A stretch of DNA of 64,000 bases from Terriglobales bacterium (lineage in GTDB: Bacteria > Acidobacteriota > Terriglobia > Terriglobales > Acidobacteriaceae): NCBI GenBank assembly GCA_036522035.1, contig DATDGP010000220.1, positions 19,407 through 83,406 of the forward strand, given 5' to 3'. The notes beneath the pieces were generated by a model. The model was not told the origin of the DNA. It was given only the letters and a program-made list of their open reading frames with translations, and did no database searches. Below, piece after piece: positions 37,639 to 46,727 of the stretch. Position 1 is the stretch's first letter, and each line of letters opens with the position of its first letter. The translations under genes and the position numbers were made by a program.

Positions 37639-40026
37639 TTGGGGAACCGCTGCGTGTTGAAACCCAAGAGCCTGGCAGTTGCCGCCATCGCGCTGGCCGC
37701 GTGGGCAAGTGTGCGCGCCCAGAAGGCCGCGAGCCCGAACGGTCCCAACCTGGTCCAACAGGTCAGTTCGCTGGCGGTTCCCCGCTTGCACGCCGCTCCT
37801 AAGTTGGGCGACTTTGAGGGTATGGCTCGGGCCACGGACGTGGCCAAGCAGATGCTCTTTGTGCAGAATTTTATCCAACGCGAACCCAAAGATGGAGGCC
37901 AGTGTTCGCAGCGCACGGAAGCATATCTGGGTTACACGGACAAGAGCTTTTACGTCGTGTTTCTAGCCTTCGATTCCGACCCTAATCTGATGCGCGCGCG
38001 CATGTTGCGCCGCGAGCTAATCGACGATGACGACCAGGTGGGATTCTTCCTGGACACCTTTCACGACCATCGCCACGCTTACGCTTTCTTCGCCAACCCG
38101 TATGGCATCCAGCAGGACGCGATCTATACGGAGAACGGCGGGTATGACGAGTCCTTCGACACGGTATGGAACACGCAGGCCAAGATTACCGAGCAGGGCT
38201 ACATGGTCCTGTTTGAGATTCCGTTCAAATCAATGCGGTTCCAGCCCAGCGGCGAACATACGTGGGGAATTCTTCTTTCGCGGGTGCTTCCGCGCAATAG
38301 CGAGCGTTCCTACTATCCCGCAAACACCAGCAAGGAACAGGGGTGGTTGACTCACGAGGGCGACATCTCCGGTCTGGAGGGCATCTCGCCCGGCCGCAAC
38401 ATGCAGTTCATGCCCTACACCTCGGTGGGCGCGTTCCGCTCGCTCGACGACCGTGGCCCTGCGGGAGAGCGCTTCACCGGCAAGCACGTGGAACCCAAAG
38501 AAGGACTCGACTCCAAGATCGTCATCAAGGACAGTCTGGTGCTCGATACCACTATCAATCCCGATTTTGGCCAGATCGAGTCGGACGATCCGCAGGTCAC
38601 GGTCAACCAGCGCTTCGCCGTTTTCTTCCCTGAGAAACGGCCATTTTTTCAGGAAAACGCCAGCTATTTCCAGACACCGCTCAACCTGGTTTTTACCCGC
38701 CGTGTTGTGGATCCGTTGTTCGGCGTCCGCTTGACCGGGAAAGAGGGCCCTTGGGCGATCGGGGCGTTTCTGGCCAATGATCGCGCACCCGGTCTGAGTG
38801 TGATCTCAACAGACCCGCTGGCCGGCACCGACGCTTACTTCGGCGTCTTTCGCCTAAACCGTGAATTCGGAACGGGGAGCAGCGTCGGAGTGATTTACAC
38901 GGATCGCGAGCAACACACGGCTCCCAACAGCTTTTGCACCGACGAATTCATCTGCGAAACCGGGTTTAATCGCGTGGGCGGTTTTGATACTCACATCAAG
39001 ATCGACCAGAACTGGCAGTTGAATGCGCAGGCTGTCACCAGCGAGACCAAGTTCTTCGATGGCAGCCACGAATCCGGACCGGCCTACCAGGTCTTCGCCG
39101 AACGCAGCTCGCGGAAGCTGGAGTTCAACACCCTGTATCTGGACATTTCGCCGGGATTCAATGCCGACACCGGCTTCATCAACCGGACCGACTATCGCCA
39201 GTTCAGCAATTTCATCGGCTATACCGATCACATCGATGGCAAACATTTCGTCGCTCATGGCCCCCGCTTCTATGAGCAAACACTGTGGGACCACAATGGG
39301 ACACGTCTGGACTACTTGGGCAATCTCGCGTACGAGTGGGATTTCCAGCGCAATACCTTCATCTCCATCTCTGGCGTCTTAGAGCACGAGCGCCTACGTC
39401 CGGTGGATTTTTCCGCGCTCACCGCCAATCAGGATTATGCCCACCTAGGGGGCGCGGTCAACGCCGGAACGCAATATTTCAAGTGGCTTAATCTCAACTT
39501 CGAGATGGACTGGGGCACCGCCACGAACTACGTCCCGGCGGTGGGGCCGCCGGTTCTGGCCTACGCCAATGACGCCCAGGTCCGCGCCGTAGTGCGTCCG
39601 GTGAAAGGTCTCACTATCGAAAACACCTATCTCATGACCCGCCTGCTGGGCCTTGATACCGGCTTAAACATCTTCAACAACCACATCATCCGTTCCAAGT
39701 GGAACTACCAGTTCACCAAGGAGTTTTCGCTGCGCCTGATCGGCCAATACACGGCCACTCTTGCCAACCCAGGCCTCACCAGCTTGCAAACCACCAAGCA
39801 GTTCAACGGCGACCTTCTTTTCACATACCTGCTTCACCCGGGCACTGCCATCTACGTGGGTTACAACAGCGACCTGCAAAACCTGGATCCTTCGCTGGAA
39901 CGTCTGTGCGGCACGATACCATGCGCGGTGGGACAGACGCCGACAGGTCTGTTGCGCACCCGTTATTCATTTCTGAATGACGGACGGCAGATTTTTGTTA
40001 AGTTGTCTTATTTGTTTCGCTACTAG
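37639..40026 (+). CDS. Outer-membrane-type protein with CBM9/DOMON-like N-domain and DUF5916-like beta-rich C-region
   Basis: 795 aa. Alternative starts are GTG 37654 and TTG 37657. The signal peptide is KPKSLAVAAIALAAWASVRAQ. The FLDTFHDHRHAYAFFANPYGIQQDA...MVLFEIPFKSMRF block is typical of carbohydrate-binding family 9-like domains. The protein ends ...FVKLSYLFRY. Confidence 0.65.
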   Translation: MGNRCVLKPKSLAVAAIALAAWASVRAQKAASPNGPNLVQQVSSLAVPRLHAAPKLGDFEGMARATDVAKQMLFVQNFIQREPKDGGQCSQRTEAYLGYTDKSFYVVFLAFDSDPNLMRARMLRRELIDDDDQVGFFLDTFHDHRHAYAFFANPYGIQQDAIYTENGGYDESFDTVWNTQAKITEQGYMVLFEIPFKSMRFQPSGEHTWGILLSRVLPRNSERSYYPANTSKEQGWLTHEGDISGLEGISPGRNMQFMPYTSVGAFRSLDDRGPAGERFTGKHVEPKEGLDSKIVIKDSLVLDTTINPDFGQIESDDPQVTVNQRFAVFFPEKRPFFQENASYFQTPLNLVFTRRVVDPLFGVRLTGKEGPWAIGAFLANDRAPGLSVISTDPLAGTDAYFGVFRLNREFGTGSSVGVIYTDREQHTAPNSFCTDEFICETGFNRVGGFDTHIKIDQNWQLNAQAVTSETKFFDGSHESGPAYQVFAERSSRKLEFNTLYLDISPGFNADTGFINRTDYRQFSNFIGYTDHIDGKHFVAHGPRFYEQTLWDHNGTRLDYLGNLAYEWDFQRNTFISISGVLEHERLRPVDFSALTANQDYAHLGGAVNAGTQYFKWLNLNFEMDWGTATNYVPAVGPPVLAYANDAQVRAVVRPVKGLTIENTYLMTRLLGLDTGLNIFNNHIIRSKWNYQFTKEFSLRLIGQYTATLANPGLTSLQTTKQFNGDLLFTYLLHPGTAIYVGYNSDLQNLDPSLERLCGTIPCAVGQTPTGLLRTRYSFLNDGRQIFVKLSYLFRY

Positions 40027-40223
40027 CATCATCAGCGCACGCAGGCATCATGAAACGCTGCCGCGCTGTTTGTTCTTGCTACGGGTACTCACCCTTGTCG
40101 CATGGATGAAGGAACACGAGATTCGACGCGCGACCTTCTCGGCTCAAGCTGGTCATCAGACGAACATGAGCCAGCTTGTATTCTCAACGTACGGAGTTAC
40201 GGGTGCTATCATGACTTCGACCC

Positions 40224-41216
40224 ATGCCCACTTCTGTCCGCTCGTTCGCCAAAATCAATATTGGTCTGCAGATCGGTCGGCGCCGCGAAGATGGGTTCCA
40301 CGAGCTGCGCACCGTCTATCAGACAATCGCTCTTTCCGATTTGGTAAAGGTCGAAGTGGGCCGCGGTGTGGGCATCGAGCTTTCCTGCAAAGACCCACGT
40401 GTTCCGCTCGATGAAAGCAACACCTGCCATCGCATGGCCGAGCGAGTTCTGCGTGCCTTCAAGACCCGCGGCAAGGTGCGCATCACGATCGAAAAAAATC
40501 TGCCGGTGCAGGGCGGGTTGGGAGCGGCCTCGTCGAACGCCGTGGCCACCATGTTGGGCCTGGAAAAGGCTTTGAAGCGGGAGCTGCCGGCAGCAGAGCG
40601 ACTGCGGTTGGCCGCCGAGGTTGGGTCGGACGTGCCCTTGTTCCTGATCGGCGGCACGGTCTTGGGAGTCGGCCGTGGCGAACAGGTCTATCCACTCGAG
40701 GATCTGCCGAGTCTGCCATGCGTCGTGGCCACGCCCCGCGCTGCGGTTTCGACCCCCGCAGCCTTCCTAGACTGGGACAGCAAATTCGCGACCTCCTTAG
40801 GTTCTAAATTGACGGACTCGGACGACTCGGATAAGATTGAGGTGTTTAGTCACTCGGTTTTTGAATGGCTGAGTGGCAGCAATTTTTCTCCAACCGGTGT
40901 CCCTGGCAAGGCTGGGGACCGGGCCGAGGCACTGCTTCTCGACCTTGTCCGTACCGGGATGGGAAACGACTTTGAAAGCGTCGTTTTCCCCAAGTATCCC
41001 GCCATACGTGAGGTCAAGAGGGCTCTGGAACGTTCCGGCGCGAAGTACGTGTCTCTCTCGGGTTCGGGTTCGGCGGTGTACGGGCTGTTTGCTGACAAAC
41101 AGACAGCTGCAGGGTCAGCCAAGTCTCTTACGGACCAGGATGTACCAGCCCTGGCGACGACGACGCTGACGCGGGCTCAGTACTGGAACGAAATGTTTTC
41201 TAAGACCAGCACTTAG
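40224..41216 (+). CDS. ispE: 4-(cytidine 5'-diphospho)-2-C-methyl-D-erythritol kinase
   Basis: 330 aa with FAKINIGLQIGRRREDGFHELRTVYQ and the GHMP kinase motif PVQGGLGAASSNAVA. Confidence 0.9.
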   Translation: MPTSVRSFAKINIGLQIGRRREDGFHELRTVYQTIALSDLVKVEVGRGVGIELSCKDPRVPLDESNTCHRMAERVLRAFKTRGKVRITIEKNLPVQGGLGAASSNAVATMLGLEKALKRELPAAERLRLAAEVGSDVPLFLIGGTVLGVGRGEQVYPLEDLPSLPCVVATPRAAVSTPAAFLDWDSKFATSLGSKLTDSDDSDKIEVFSHSVFEWLSGSNFSPTGVPGKAGDRAEALLLDLVRTGMGNDFESVVFPKYPAIREVKRALERSGAKYVSLSGSGSAVYGLFADKQTAAGSAKSLTDQDVPALATTTLTRAQYWNEMFSKTST

Positions 41217-41295
41217 ACATGGGTAGTTGGCCACTCGCCACGAAAAAGGGCCTGTAAAAGGCAAGGCAAGAACCATAAGGCTAAGAGCTGATTTC

Positions 41296-41369
41296 TGGGC
41301 GGTCGACTAATGGTAGGTCAAGTGCCTTTGGAGCACTTTGTCTAGGTTCGAATCCTAGCCGCCCAGCCA
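41296..41369 (+). tRNA. tRNA-Gln (anticodon UUG), CCA encoded
   Basis: I folded the cloverleaf by hand. The acceptor is TGGGCGG/CCGCCCA; the D arm is GACT/GGTC (one G-U pair) with GG in the loop. The anticodon stem is AGTGC/GCACT with loop CTTTGGA (anticodon TTG). The T arm is CTAGG-TTCGAAT-CCTAG, followed by discriminator G and CCA. Confidence 0.9.
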
Positions 41370-41543
41370 GACGTTGCCAAGTCTCCGCGGGCCGAGACGC
41401 ACGGCGGAATCCTGAGCGCGCGAAGGATCGCAGCAGAATAGGCGACGTTTAGCGAGCACGGTAAGGAAGGTAAACGAAGAACGAACTTGGGGGGCATTGG
41501 GGAATCCGGTTGTAGCAAACCAGCTCAACGGGGTGAAACGGCG

Positions 41544-42572
41544 ATGGCAACGACAGTAACAGCAACCGACAAGGTAGAGAAGAAGCAGCAGATGCAGCCC
41601 AAGAGCGAGCAGAAGCCGCAGCGCGGCCGCCATGATGACAAGTTCAAGATCTTCTGCGGCACCGCCAACGAGCCTTTGACCGATGAGATTTGCGCCTTCC
41701 TTGGCATCGAGCGAGGGAAAGCCACGGTCACGCGCTTCTCTGACGGCGAATGCTACGTGCAGGTTCTGGAAAACGTGCGCGGGGCTGATGTCTTCGTCTG
41801 CCAGCCGACTTGCTTCCCGGTGGACGAGCACATCATGGAGCTGCTGTTGCTGGTGGACGCGCTCAAGCGCGCCTCGGCCCGCCGCATCACCACGGTGATT
41901 CCCTACTACGGCTATGCCCGCCAGGATCGCAAGGACAAACCTCGCGTTCCCGTGTCTTCGAAGTTGATCGCCGACCTGCTGACGACAGCCGGAGCGCATC
42001 GCGCCCTGGTGGTCGATCTGCATGCGCCGCAGATTCAAGGGTTTTTCAATATTCCGGTGGACCATCTGTTCGCGTCCCCGGTGCTGGTGGACCATTTCCG
42101 CAAGATGCAGTTGCCTGACCTCACGGTGGTTTCTCCCGACGCCGGTGGCGTGGAGCGCGCGCGCTTCTTCGCCAAGAAGATCGATGCGGCGCTGGCCATT
42201 GTCGACAAGCGGCGCACGGACATGAACGTGGCCGAAGTCATGCACGTGATCGGCGACGTGAAAGGCCGTTCCTGCCTGATCATTGACGACATCATCGACA
42301 CGGCGGGAACGCTGGTGAAAACTGCCGACGCCCTGGTGAACGCTGGAGCCGCCCGGGTTTATGCCTGCGCTTCGCACCCGGTGCTTTCCGGCGAGGCCAT
42401 CGAGCGGATCTCTAAGTCCAAGCTGGAAGAAGTGGTCGTAACCAACACCATACCCTTGACGGGAAAGGCTAAAGCCGAGCCCAAGATCAGAGTTCTGACG
42501 ATTGCTGGCCTTCTGGGCCGTGCGATCCAGTCAATTCACGAGGAGACTTCAGTCAGCTCACTTTTTGCCTAA
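41544..42572 (+). CDS. prs: Ribose-phosphate pyrophosphokinase
   Basis: The ATG at 41544 lies within ORF 41487..42572. Motifs include YYGYARQDRK, DLHAPQIQGFF and the PRPP-binding loop LIIDDIIDTAGT. The N-terminal ~30 aa are a low-complexity extension, so the start is uncertain. Confidence 0.9.
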   Translation: MATTVTATDKVEKKQQMQPKSEQKPQRGRHDDKFKIFCGTANEPLTDEICAFLGIERGKATVTRFSDGECYVQVLENVRGADVFVCQPTCFPVDEHIMELLLLVDALKRASARRITTVIPYYGYARQDRKDKPRVPVSSKLIADLLTTAGAHRALVVDLHAPQIQGFFNIPVDHLFASPVLVDHFRKMQLPDLTVVSPDAGGVERARFFAKKIDAALAIVDKRRTDMNVAEVMHVIGDVKGRSCLIIDDIIDTAGTLVKTADALVNAGAARVYACASHPVLSGEAIERISKSKLEEVVVTNTIPLTGKAKAEPKIRVLTIAGLLGRAIQSIHEETSVSSLFA

Positions 42573-42608
42573 GCGAGCCGATGGAAAGCGCTAGAAGGAA
42601 AACAAGCC

Positions 42609-43322
42609 ATGATCTCACAGGAAGTAGTTGAAGCCCAGGCCCGACCGGATGCATCGCGGGGCAAGAACGAAGCCCGCAGGCTGCGCGCCGGCGGACGCAT
42701 ACCCGGCGTACTCTACGGGGCCAAGAAAGGCACCATCGCGGTTAGCCTGGATCCCAAGCAAGTTTCGCGGATCCTGCAGTCGGAAACTGGTCACAACACG
42801 ATCTTCGACCTGCAAGTGGGGGTTGAAAAAGCCCGCGTCATGATCGTGGACTGGCAGCACGATCCCATGCATGGCAAGCTGCTGCACATCGATCTAAAGC
42901 GCATTGCTATGGACGAGATGATCCAAGTGAGTGTGCCTATCCACTTGACCGGAGAAGCCGAAGGCGTGAAAACGCAGGGCGGAATTCTGGATCAGGTCCT
43001 GCGCGAGGTGGAGATCGAGTGCTTGCCCGGCGACATTCCGAGCCATATCGACGCCGACATAAGCCACCTGGTGTTTGGCACTGTGCTGCGCGTGTCTGAC
43101 TTGCAGCACGGCGGCAAGCTGAAGTTCATTACCGATGAAGGCCAGACCGTGGCTCACATTACCTCCGTGAAAGAGGAAGTGGCGCCGACTCCGGAAGCCG
43201 TGGCGGAAGCTGCAACGGCAGCACCGGCTGAGCCGGAGCTTATCAAGAAAGGTAAGCAGGAAGCCGAGGGTGAAGAGGCGGAGGAGCCCAAGAAAGTTGA
43301 GAAGTCTGAGGCCAAGAAGTAG
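42609..43322 (+). CDS. rplY: 50S ribosomal protein L25/general stress protein Ctc
   Basis: 237 aa with RRLRAGGRIPGVLYG at the N-terminus and an acidic/Lys-rich C-terminal tail. Confidence 0.9.
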   Translation: MISQEVVEAQARPDASRGKNEARRLRAGGRIPGVLYGAKKGTIAVSLDPKQVSRILQSETGHNTIFDLQVGVEKARVMIVDWQHDPMHGKLLHIDLKRIAMDEMIQVSVPIHLTGEAEGVKTQGGILDQVLREVEIECLPGDIPSHIDADISHLVFGTVLRVSDLQHGGKLKFITDEGQTVAHITSVKEEVAPTPEAVAEAATAAPAEPELIKKGKQEAEGEEAEEPKKVEKSEAKK

Positions 43323-43327
43323 AGCCC

Positions 43328-43912
43328 GTGAAGCTGATTGTCGGTCTGGGCAATCCTGGCATCGAGTACCAGTTCACGCCGCACAACATCGGCTTTCTTG
43401 CTGTGGATCGGATTGCCGAACAGTGCGGCGCGGTGGTGGATAACCGCCACGCCAAAGCGCTGACGGCACGCGCCAGGTTCGAGAACGAAGAGATTCTGCT
43501 GGCAAAACCCGAGACCTTCATGAACCTGAGCGGCATGTCGGTTCGAGAGCTGGTAGAGAAGCACGACGTTGATCCTCAGAAGGACCTGATCGTCATGTAC
43601 GACGAATTGGATCTTCCACTAGGAATGATTCGCATACGCGAGCGCGGCTCTTCAGCCGGGCACAACGGGATGCAATCGATCATCAACGCCCTCGAAACGC
43701 AGGAAGTCGCGCGCATCCGGCTGGGCATTGCACCGAATGACCCGGCCAAAGGCGGGGCGCGTTACATCCTGGCGCCGTTCCGAAAGTCACAGCTGGCTCG
43801 AGTCGACGAGATGCTGGACCTGGCCGCACAGGCCGTCCATGTGGCCCTCAGGGAAGGCGTAAAGACGGCGATGAACCAGTTCAATCGTAAGAACAGCGAA
43901 GGTAGTCAGTAA
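43328..43912 (+). CDS. pth: Aminoacyl-tRNA (peptidyl-tRNA) hydrolase
   Basis: 194 aa with a GTG start, KLIVGLGNPGIEYQFTPHNIGF and the GHNGMQSI motif. Confidence 0.95.
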   Translation: MKLIVGLGNPGIEYQFTPHNIGFLAVDRIAEQCGAVVDNRHAKALTARARFENEEILLAKPETFMNLSGMSVRELVEKHDVDPQKDLIVMYDELDLPLGMIRIRERGSSAGHNGMQSIINALETQEVARIRLGIAPNDPAKGGARYILAPFRKSQLARVDEMLDLAAQAVHVALREGVKTAMNQFNRKNSEGSQ

Positions 43913-44003
43913 CCCGGCCTTGCGGTCGTGGATTTTAGCGGAGTATCAAGTACCAACTACGAAGTACGGTTTCGGAAATTTGAGGATCGCGGAGAAAAGC
44001 AAA

Positions 44004-44399
44004 ATGCAACGCGCATATGAAGTCATGTTTATCGTACGTCCGGATCTGATCGAAGAGGAGCTGGACAAACTGGTCAAGGTGCTCGAGGGCCACGCCACCG
44101 GCGCCGGCGCAACCGTGAAGAACGCCGAGAAGATGGGCAAGCGCCGCCTGGCTTACGACGTCAAGAAGTTCCAGGAAGGGCAGTACGTCCTATTCACCCT
44201 GGCTTCTGACGGCAAAGCCATCCACGAACTGGAACGCCGGCTGCGCGTTACCGAGCCGGTGATCAAGTTCATCACCGTACGCACGGACGAAGACCAGCAG
44301 CGTCTGGACAAAGTCCGCAAGATTCGTGCCTCCCGGGCCAAGCGTCCGCCTGTGGAAGCCGGCGCAGTCCAGACCGAGAATCCTGCGGTGAATGCGTAG
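44004..44399 (+). CDS. rpsF: 30S ribosomal protein S6
   Basis: The ATG at 44004 has a GGAGA upstream and gives MQRAYEVMFIVRPDL. The ORF-track start at 43920 is an upstream extension. Confidence 0.9.
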   Translation: MQRAYEVMFIVRPDLIEEELDKLVKVLEGHATGAGATVKNAEKMGKRRLAYDVKKFQEGQYVLFTLASDGKAIHELERRLRVTEPVIKFITVRTDEDQQRLDKVRKIRASRAKRPPVEAGAVQTENPAVNA

Positions 44400-44430
44400 A
44401 AACTCAGAGAGATTTGGTTGAAGGAGAGTT

Positions 44431-44757
44431 ATGGCTGACGAAGCAAACCAGGAAGTGGCAACACCGGCTCCCCGCCCGCAAGGCCGGCCGGATCGTCCCG
44501 ATCGCGGACCCAGTGGACCAGGAGGCCGCGATGGCGGGCGCAAGTTCTTTCGCCGCAAAAAAGTCTGTAAGTTTTGCGTGGAGAAGATTGACGACATCAA
44601 TTACAAAGACGTGCGGCTGCTGGGGCAGTTCGTGGCCGAGCGCGGCAAAATTGTGCCCCGGCGCCTGACCGGGGTGTGTACGCCGCACCAGCGCCGCCTG
44701 ACCGCGGCCATCAAGCGCGCACGCAACATCGCCCTGCTGCCGTTCGCGGCGCGGTAA
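44431..44757 (+). CDS. rpsR: 30S ribosomal protein S18
   Basis: 108 aa with the core [45 protein letters not shown] and an Arg/Pro/Gly-rich N-terminal extension. Confidence 0.95.
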   Translation: MADEANQEVATPAPRPQGRPDRPDRGPSGPGGRDGGRKFFRRKKVCKFCVEKIDDINYKDVRLLGQFVAERGKIVPRRLTGVCTPHQRRLTAAIKRARNIALLPFAAR

Positions 44758-44781
44758 CCACATTCAATCCGGAGATCCGTC

Positions 44782-45240
44782 ATGGAAGTGATTCTCAAAG
44801 AAGATGTTCCCAAGCTGGGCCACCGCGGTGAAGTGATCAAAGTCGCCGAAGGCTACGGGCGCAACTATCTGCTGCCGCGCAAGCTCGCCGTCGAGGCCAC
44901 CCAGGCGAACAAAGCCGTGATCGAGCAGATGAAGCAGTCGGCGATCCGTCGCTCGGCGGTCGAGAAGGCCGATTCGGAAGCTTTGTCCAAGCAACTGGAG
45001 GGCGTGACCCTGGCATTCCAGCGCAAAGCTGGCGAGAAAGACCACCTGTTCGGTTCGGTTACATCATCGGATATCGCCGAAGCCTTAGAGCGCAAGGGTT
45101 TCAATATCGACCGCCGCAACATCCAGCTCAACGAGCCGCTGAAAGCCCTGGGTGAATTCGAAGTCGCAATCAAGCTGTATCGCGACGTCATCAGCAAGAT
45201 CAAAGTTACGGTCGAAAAAGAAGCCGGCGAAGCCGAATAG
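44782..45240 (+). CDS. rplI: 50S ribosomal protein L9
   Basis: 152 aa beginning MEVILKEDVPKLGHRGEVIKVAEGYGRNYLLPRKLA. Confidence 0.95.
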   Translation: MEVILKEDVPKLGHRGEVIKVAEGYGRNYLLPRKLAVEATQANKAVIEQMKQSAIRRSAVEKADSEALSKQLEGVTLAFQRKAGEKDHLFGSVTSSDIAEALERKGFNIDRRNIQLNEPLKALGEFEVAIKLYRDVISKIKVTVEKEAGEAE

Positions 45241-45274
45241 CCCGTCCGCGAGTTGACATTGGGGGCTCTGGACC

Positions 45275-45311
45275 CGTCGTCTCCGAGCCTTGGCCTGTCC
45301 CGGAGACGATG
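45275..45311 (+). terminator. Stem-loop downstream of rplI (possible terminator, no U-tract)
   Basis: TCGTCTCCG (45277-45285) pairs perfectly with CGGAGACGA (45301-45309). The stem extends to 11 bp with one G-U pair, and the loop is 15 nt. No T-run follows. Confidence 0.35.
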
Positions 45312-45322
45312 TAGTTCGGGCT

Positions 45323-45347
45323 TATACATCGTAAAGCGATGTATAAT
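45323..45347 (+). promoter_or_regulatory. Perfect 9-bp inverted repeat overlapping a consensus -10 box (candidate operator/promoter)
   Basis: TATACATCG (45323-45331), a 5-nt spacer, then CGATGTATA (45337-45345). TATAAT lies at 45342-45347. No good -35 is seen at 17-bp spacing. Confidence 0.4.
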
Positions 45348-45361
45348 GGTTGCGCCTAACC

Positions 45362-45646
45362 ATGCCGGACTGCGGTCTAAGACGCAAATTGTCGATTGTG
45401 GCCTTGGTTTGTACGTTGGGTATCTTTCTGTGTCCATCGACGTCCGGGCCCTATTCCGCGGTGCACGGGCCAGTGACCGGCCTGCGGGCGATACGCCTCG
45501 CAGGGGACTTGGTCCTCTTTCTCCAATCGGCGCAGGCCAAGTCCGCCTTTCGTGGTCACAATCCATTCTTCGGTTCTACGGCGCCGGCGCGGAGTCCAGC
45601 CCGAACCTTTCCCGACTCACCGTTGGATCTGATACTGCGCTGTTGA
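45362..45646 (+). CDS. Possible small membrane protein (94 aa)
   Basis: The ATG at 45362 is 14 nt after the TATAAT box. It encodes MPDCGLRRKLSIVALVCTLGIFLCPSTSGPYSAVHGPV..., a single hydrophobic segment. There is no Shine-Dalgarno sequence, and coding status is uncertain. Confidence 0.3.
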   Translation: MPDCGLRRKLSIVALVCTLGIFLCPSTSGPYSAVHGPVTGLRAIRLAGDLVLFLQSAQAKSAFRGHNPFFGSTAPARSPARTFPDSPLDLILRC

Positions 45647-45757
45647 TTGCTTGGCGCCAAAGGTCCACGGTCCCGGTGCGGCCGCCACTCGTTCGGTCGC
45701 TCAACTCTTCACGACAATAGAACATGGGCAGGGCAATTAGGCTGCCCGGAGGTGTTT

Positions 45758-46486
45758 ATGGCTAATCGCTACACATGGGCTTCCACGATTGTTTTGACGG
45801 GTATGTTGTTCTTAACCGCATGTAGTGGCAAGAAAATGACCAAGGTTACGCCGCCCACGGCGCCAGCGCCGGTTGCGCCGACAGCTACTTTGTCGGCCTC
45901 TCCCAACGTGATCCAGCAAGGGCAGGCCACAACCCTGACCTGGCAAACCACGGGTGCGACCGAGATCGCTATCGCGGGCCTGGGCACGGTTTCCGCGTCG
46001 GGATCGCGTTCCCTCGCGCCGAACAGTACGCAGACTTATACCCTCACCGCCTCGGGCGGCGGAGGGACGACCGAAGCCAGGGCGATGGTGACGGTGAATC
46101 CGAAAGCAGCCGCGGCTGCTGCGGCTGCGCCCAGCGACGGCGCCACGCTGGCCAAGAATCTCAAAGACGTGTTCTTTGATTTCAATGTCGCCGCCCTGCG
46201 CTCTGACGAAGTTCCGGTGGCGCAAAATGACGCGCATTTGCTGGCTCAGCATCCCGAAGTCAGCGTCCTCATCGAAGGCCATTGCGATGACCGAGGCTCG
46301 GAGGAGTACAACCTGGCCCTAGGCGTAAGCCGGGCCAGTGCGGTGAAAACCGCTCTCGTCCAGCAAGGCCTTGACCCTGCACGCATCAAGACCGTCAGTT
46401 ATGGCAAGGAAAAGCCGTTCTGCACTCAGGAAGACGAATCCTGCTGGCAACAGAACCGCCGGGATCACTTTGTCGTCCAACCCTAA
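45758..46486 (+). CDS. pal: Peptidoglycan-associated lipoprotein (OmpA-family, Pal-like) with extra N-terminal Ig-like domain
   Basis: The ATG at 45758 has a GGAGG upstream. It has a lipobox (LFLTAC) and the OmpA_C motif (FFDFNVAALRSD...IEGHCDDRGSEEYNLALGVSRA). Confidence 0.85.
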   Translation: MANRYTWASTIVLTGMLFLTACSGKKMTKVTPPTAPAPVAPTATLSASPNVIQQGQATTLTWQTTGATEIAIAGLGTVSASGSRSLAPNSTQTYTLTASGGGGTTEARAMVTVNPKAAAAAAAAPSDGATLAKNLKDVFFDFNVAALRSDEVPVAQNDAHLLAQHPEVSVLIEGHCDDRGSEEYNLALGVSRASAVKTALVQQGLDPARIKTVSYGKEKPFCTQEDESCWQQNRRDHFVVQP

Positions 46487-46503
46487 GCCGACTCACTAGG
46501 GCG

Positions 46504-46525
46504 GGCCGCGCTCTCAGGCGCGGCC
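46504..46525 (+). terminator. GC-rich hairpin downstream of pal (candidate terminator)
   Basis: GGCCGCGC (46504-46511), a TCTCAG loop, then GCGCGGCC (46518-46525), followed only by TT. It lies in a convergent intergenic region. Confidence 0.4.
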
Positions 46526-46727
46526 TTGCCCAGATCCAGTGATGTCCTGCACGAGTGCAGTCGCCTTTATTTTGGAATAACAACCGTCGATGGCAAGCAC
46601 GCGCTTATCGAACGCTGTCCACTGAACGTAGACGCGTCAGAGTGAGCTTCCAGAGCAAAGAATCAGCTCTTCCTGGTCCTTGCGCTGCTGATTGGAGCGC
46701 TGGTCGGACTGTCCATCCGACCAGAAC

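Noticed and set aside
40145-40178. Hairpin CAAGCTGGTCAT...ATGAGCCAGCTTG between the DUF5916-like gene and ispE
   Set aside because: The stem is real: 12 bp with one bulge, followed by TATTCT. However, it lies 118 nt past the upstream stop and has no proper U-tract. I cannot tell a terminator from an ispE leader structure, so I did not list it as a feature.
41355-42377. 340-aa ORF on the minus strand
   Set aside because: It is entirely antisense to the well-supported prs gene. The translation is Arg/His/Gly/Val-rich with no recognisable motifs, which is typical of a GC-rich antisense frame. It also overlaps the 3' end of the tRNA-Gln.
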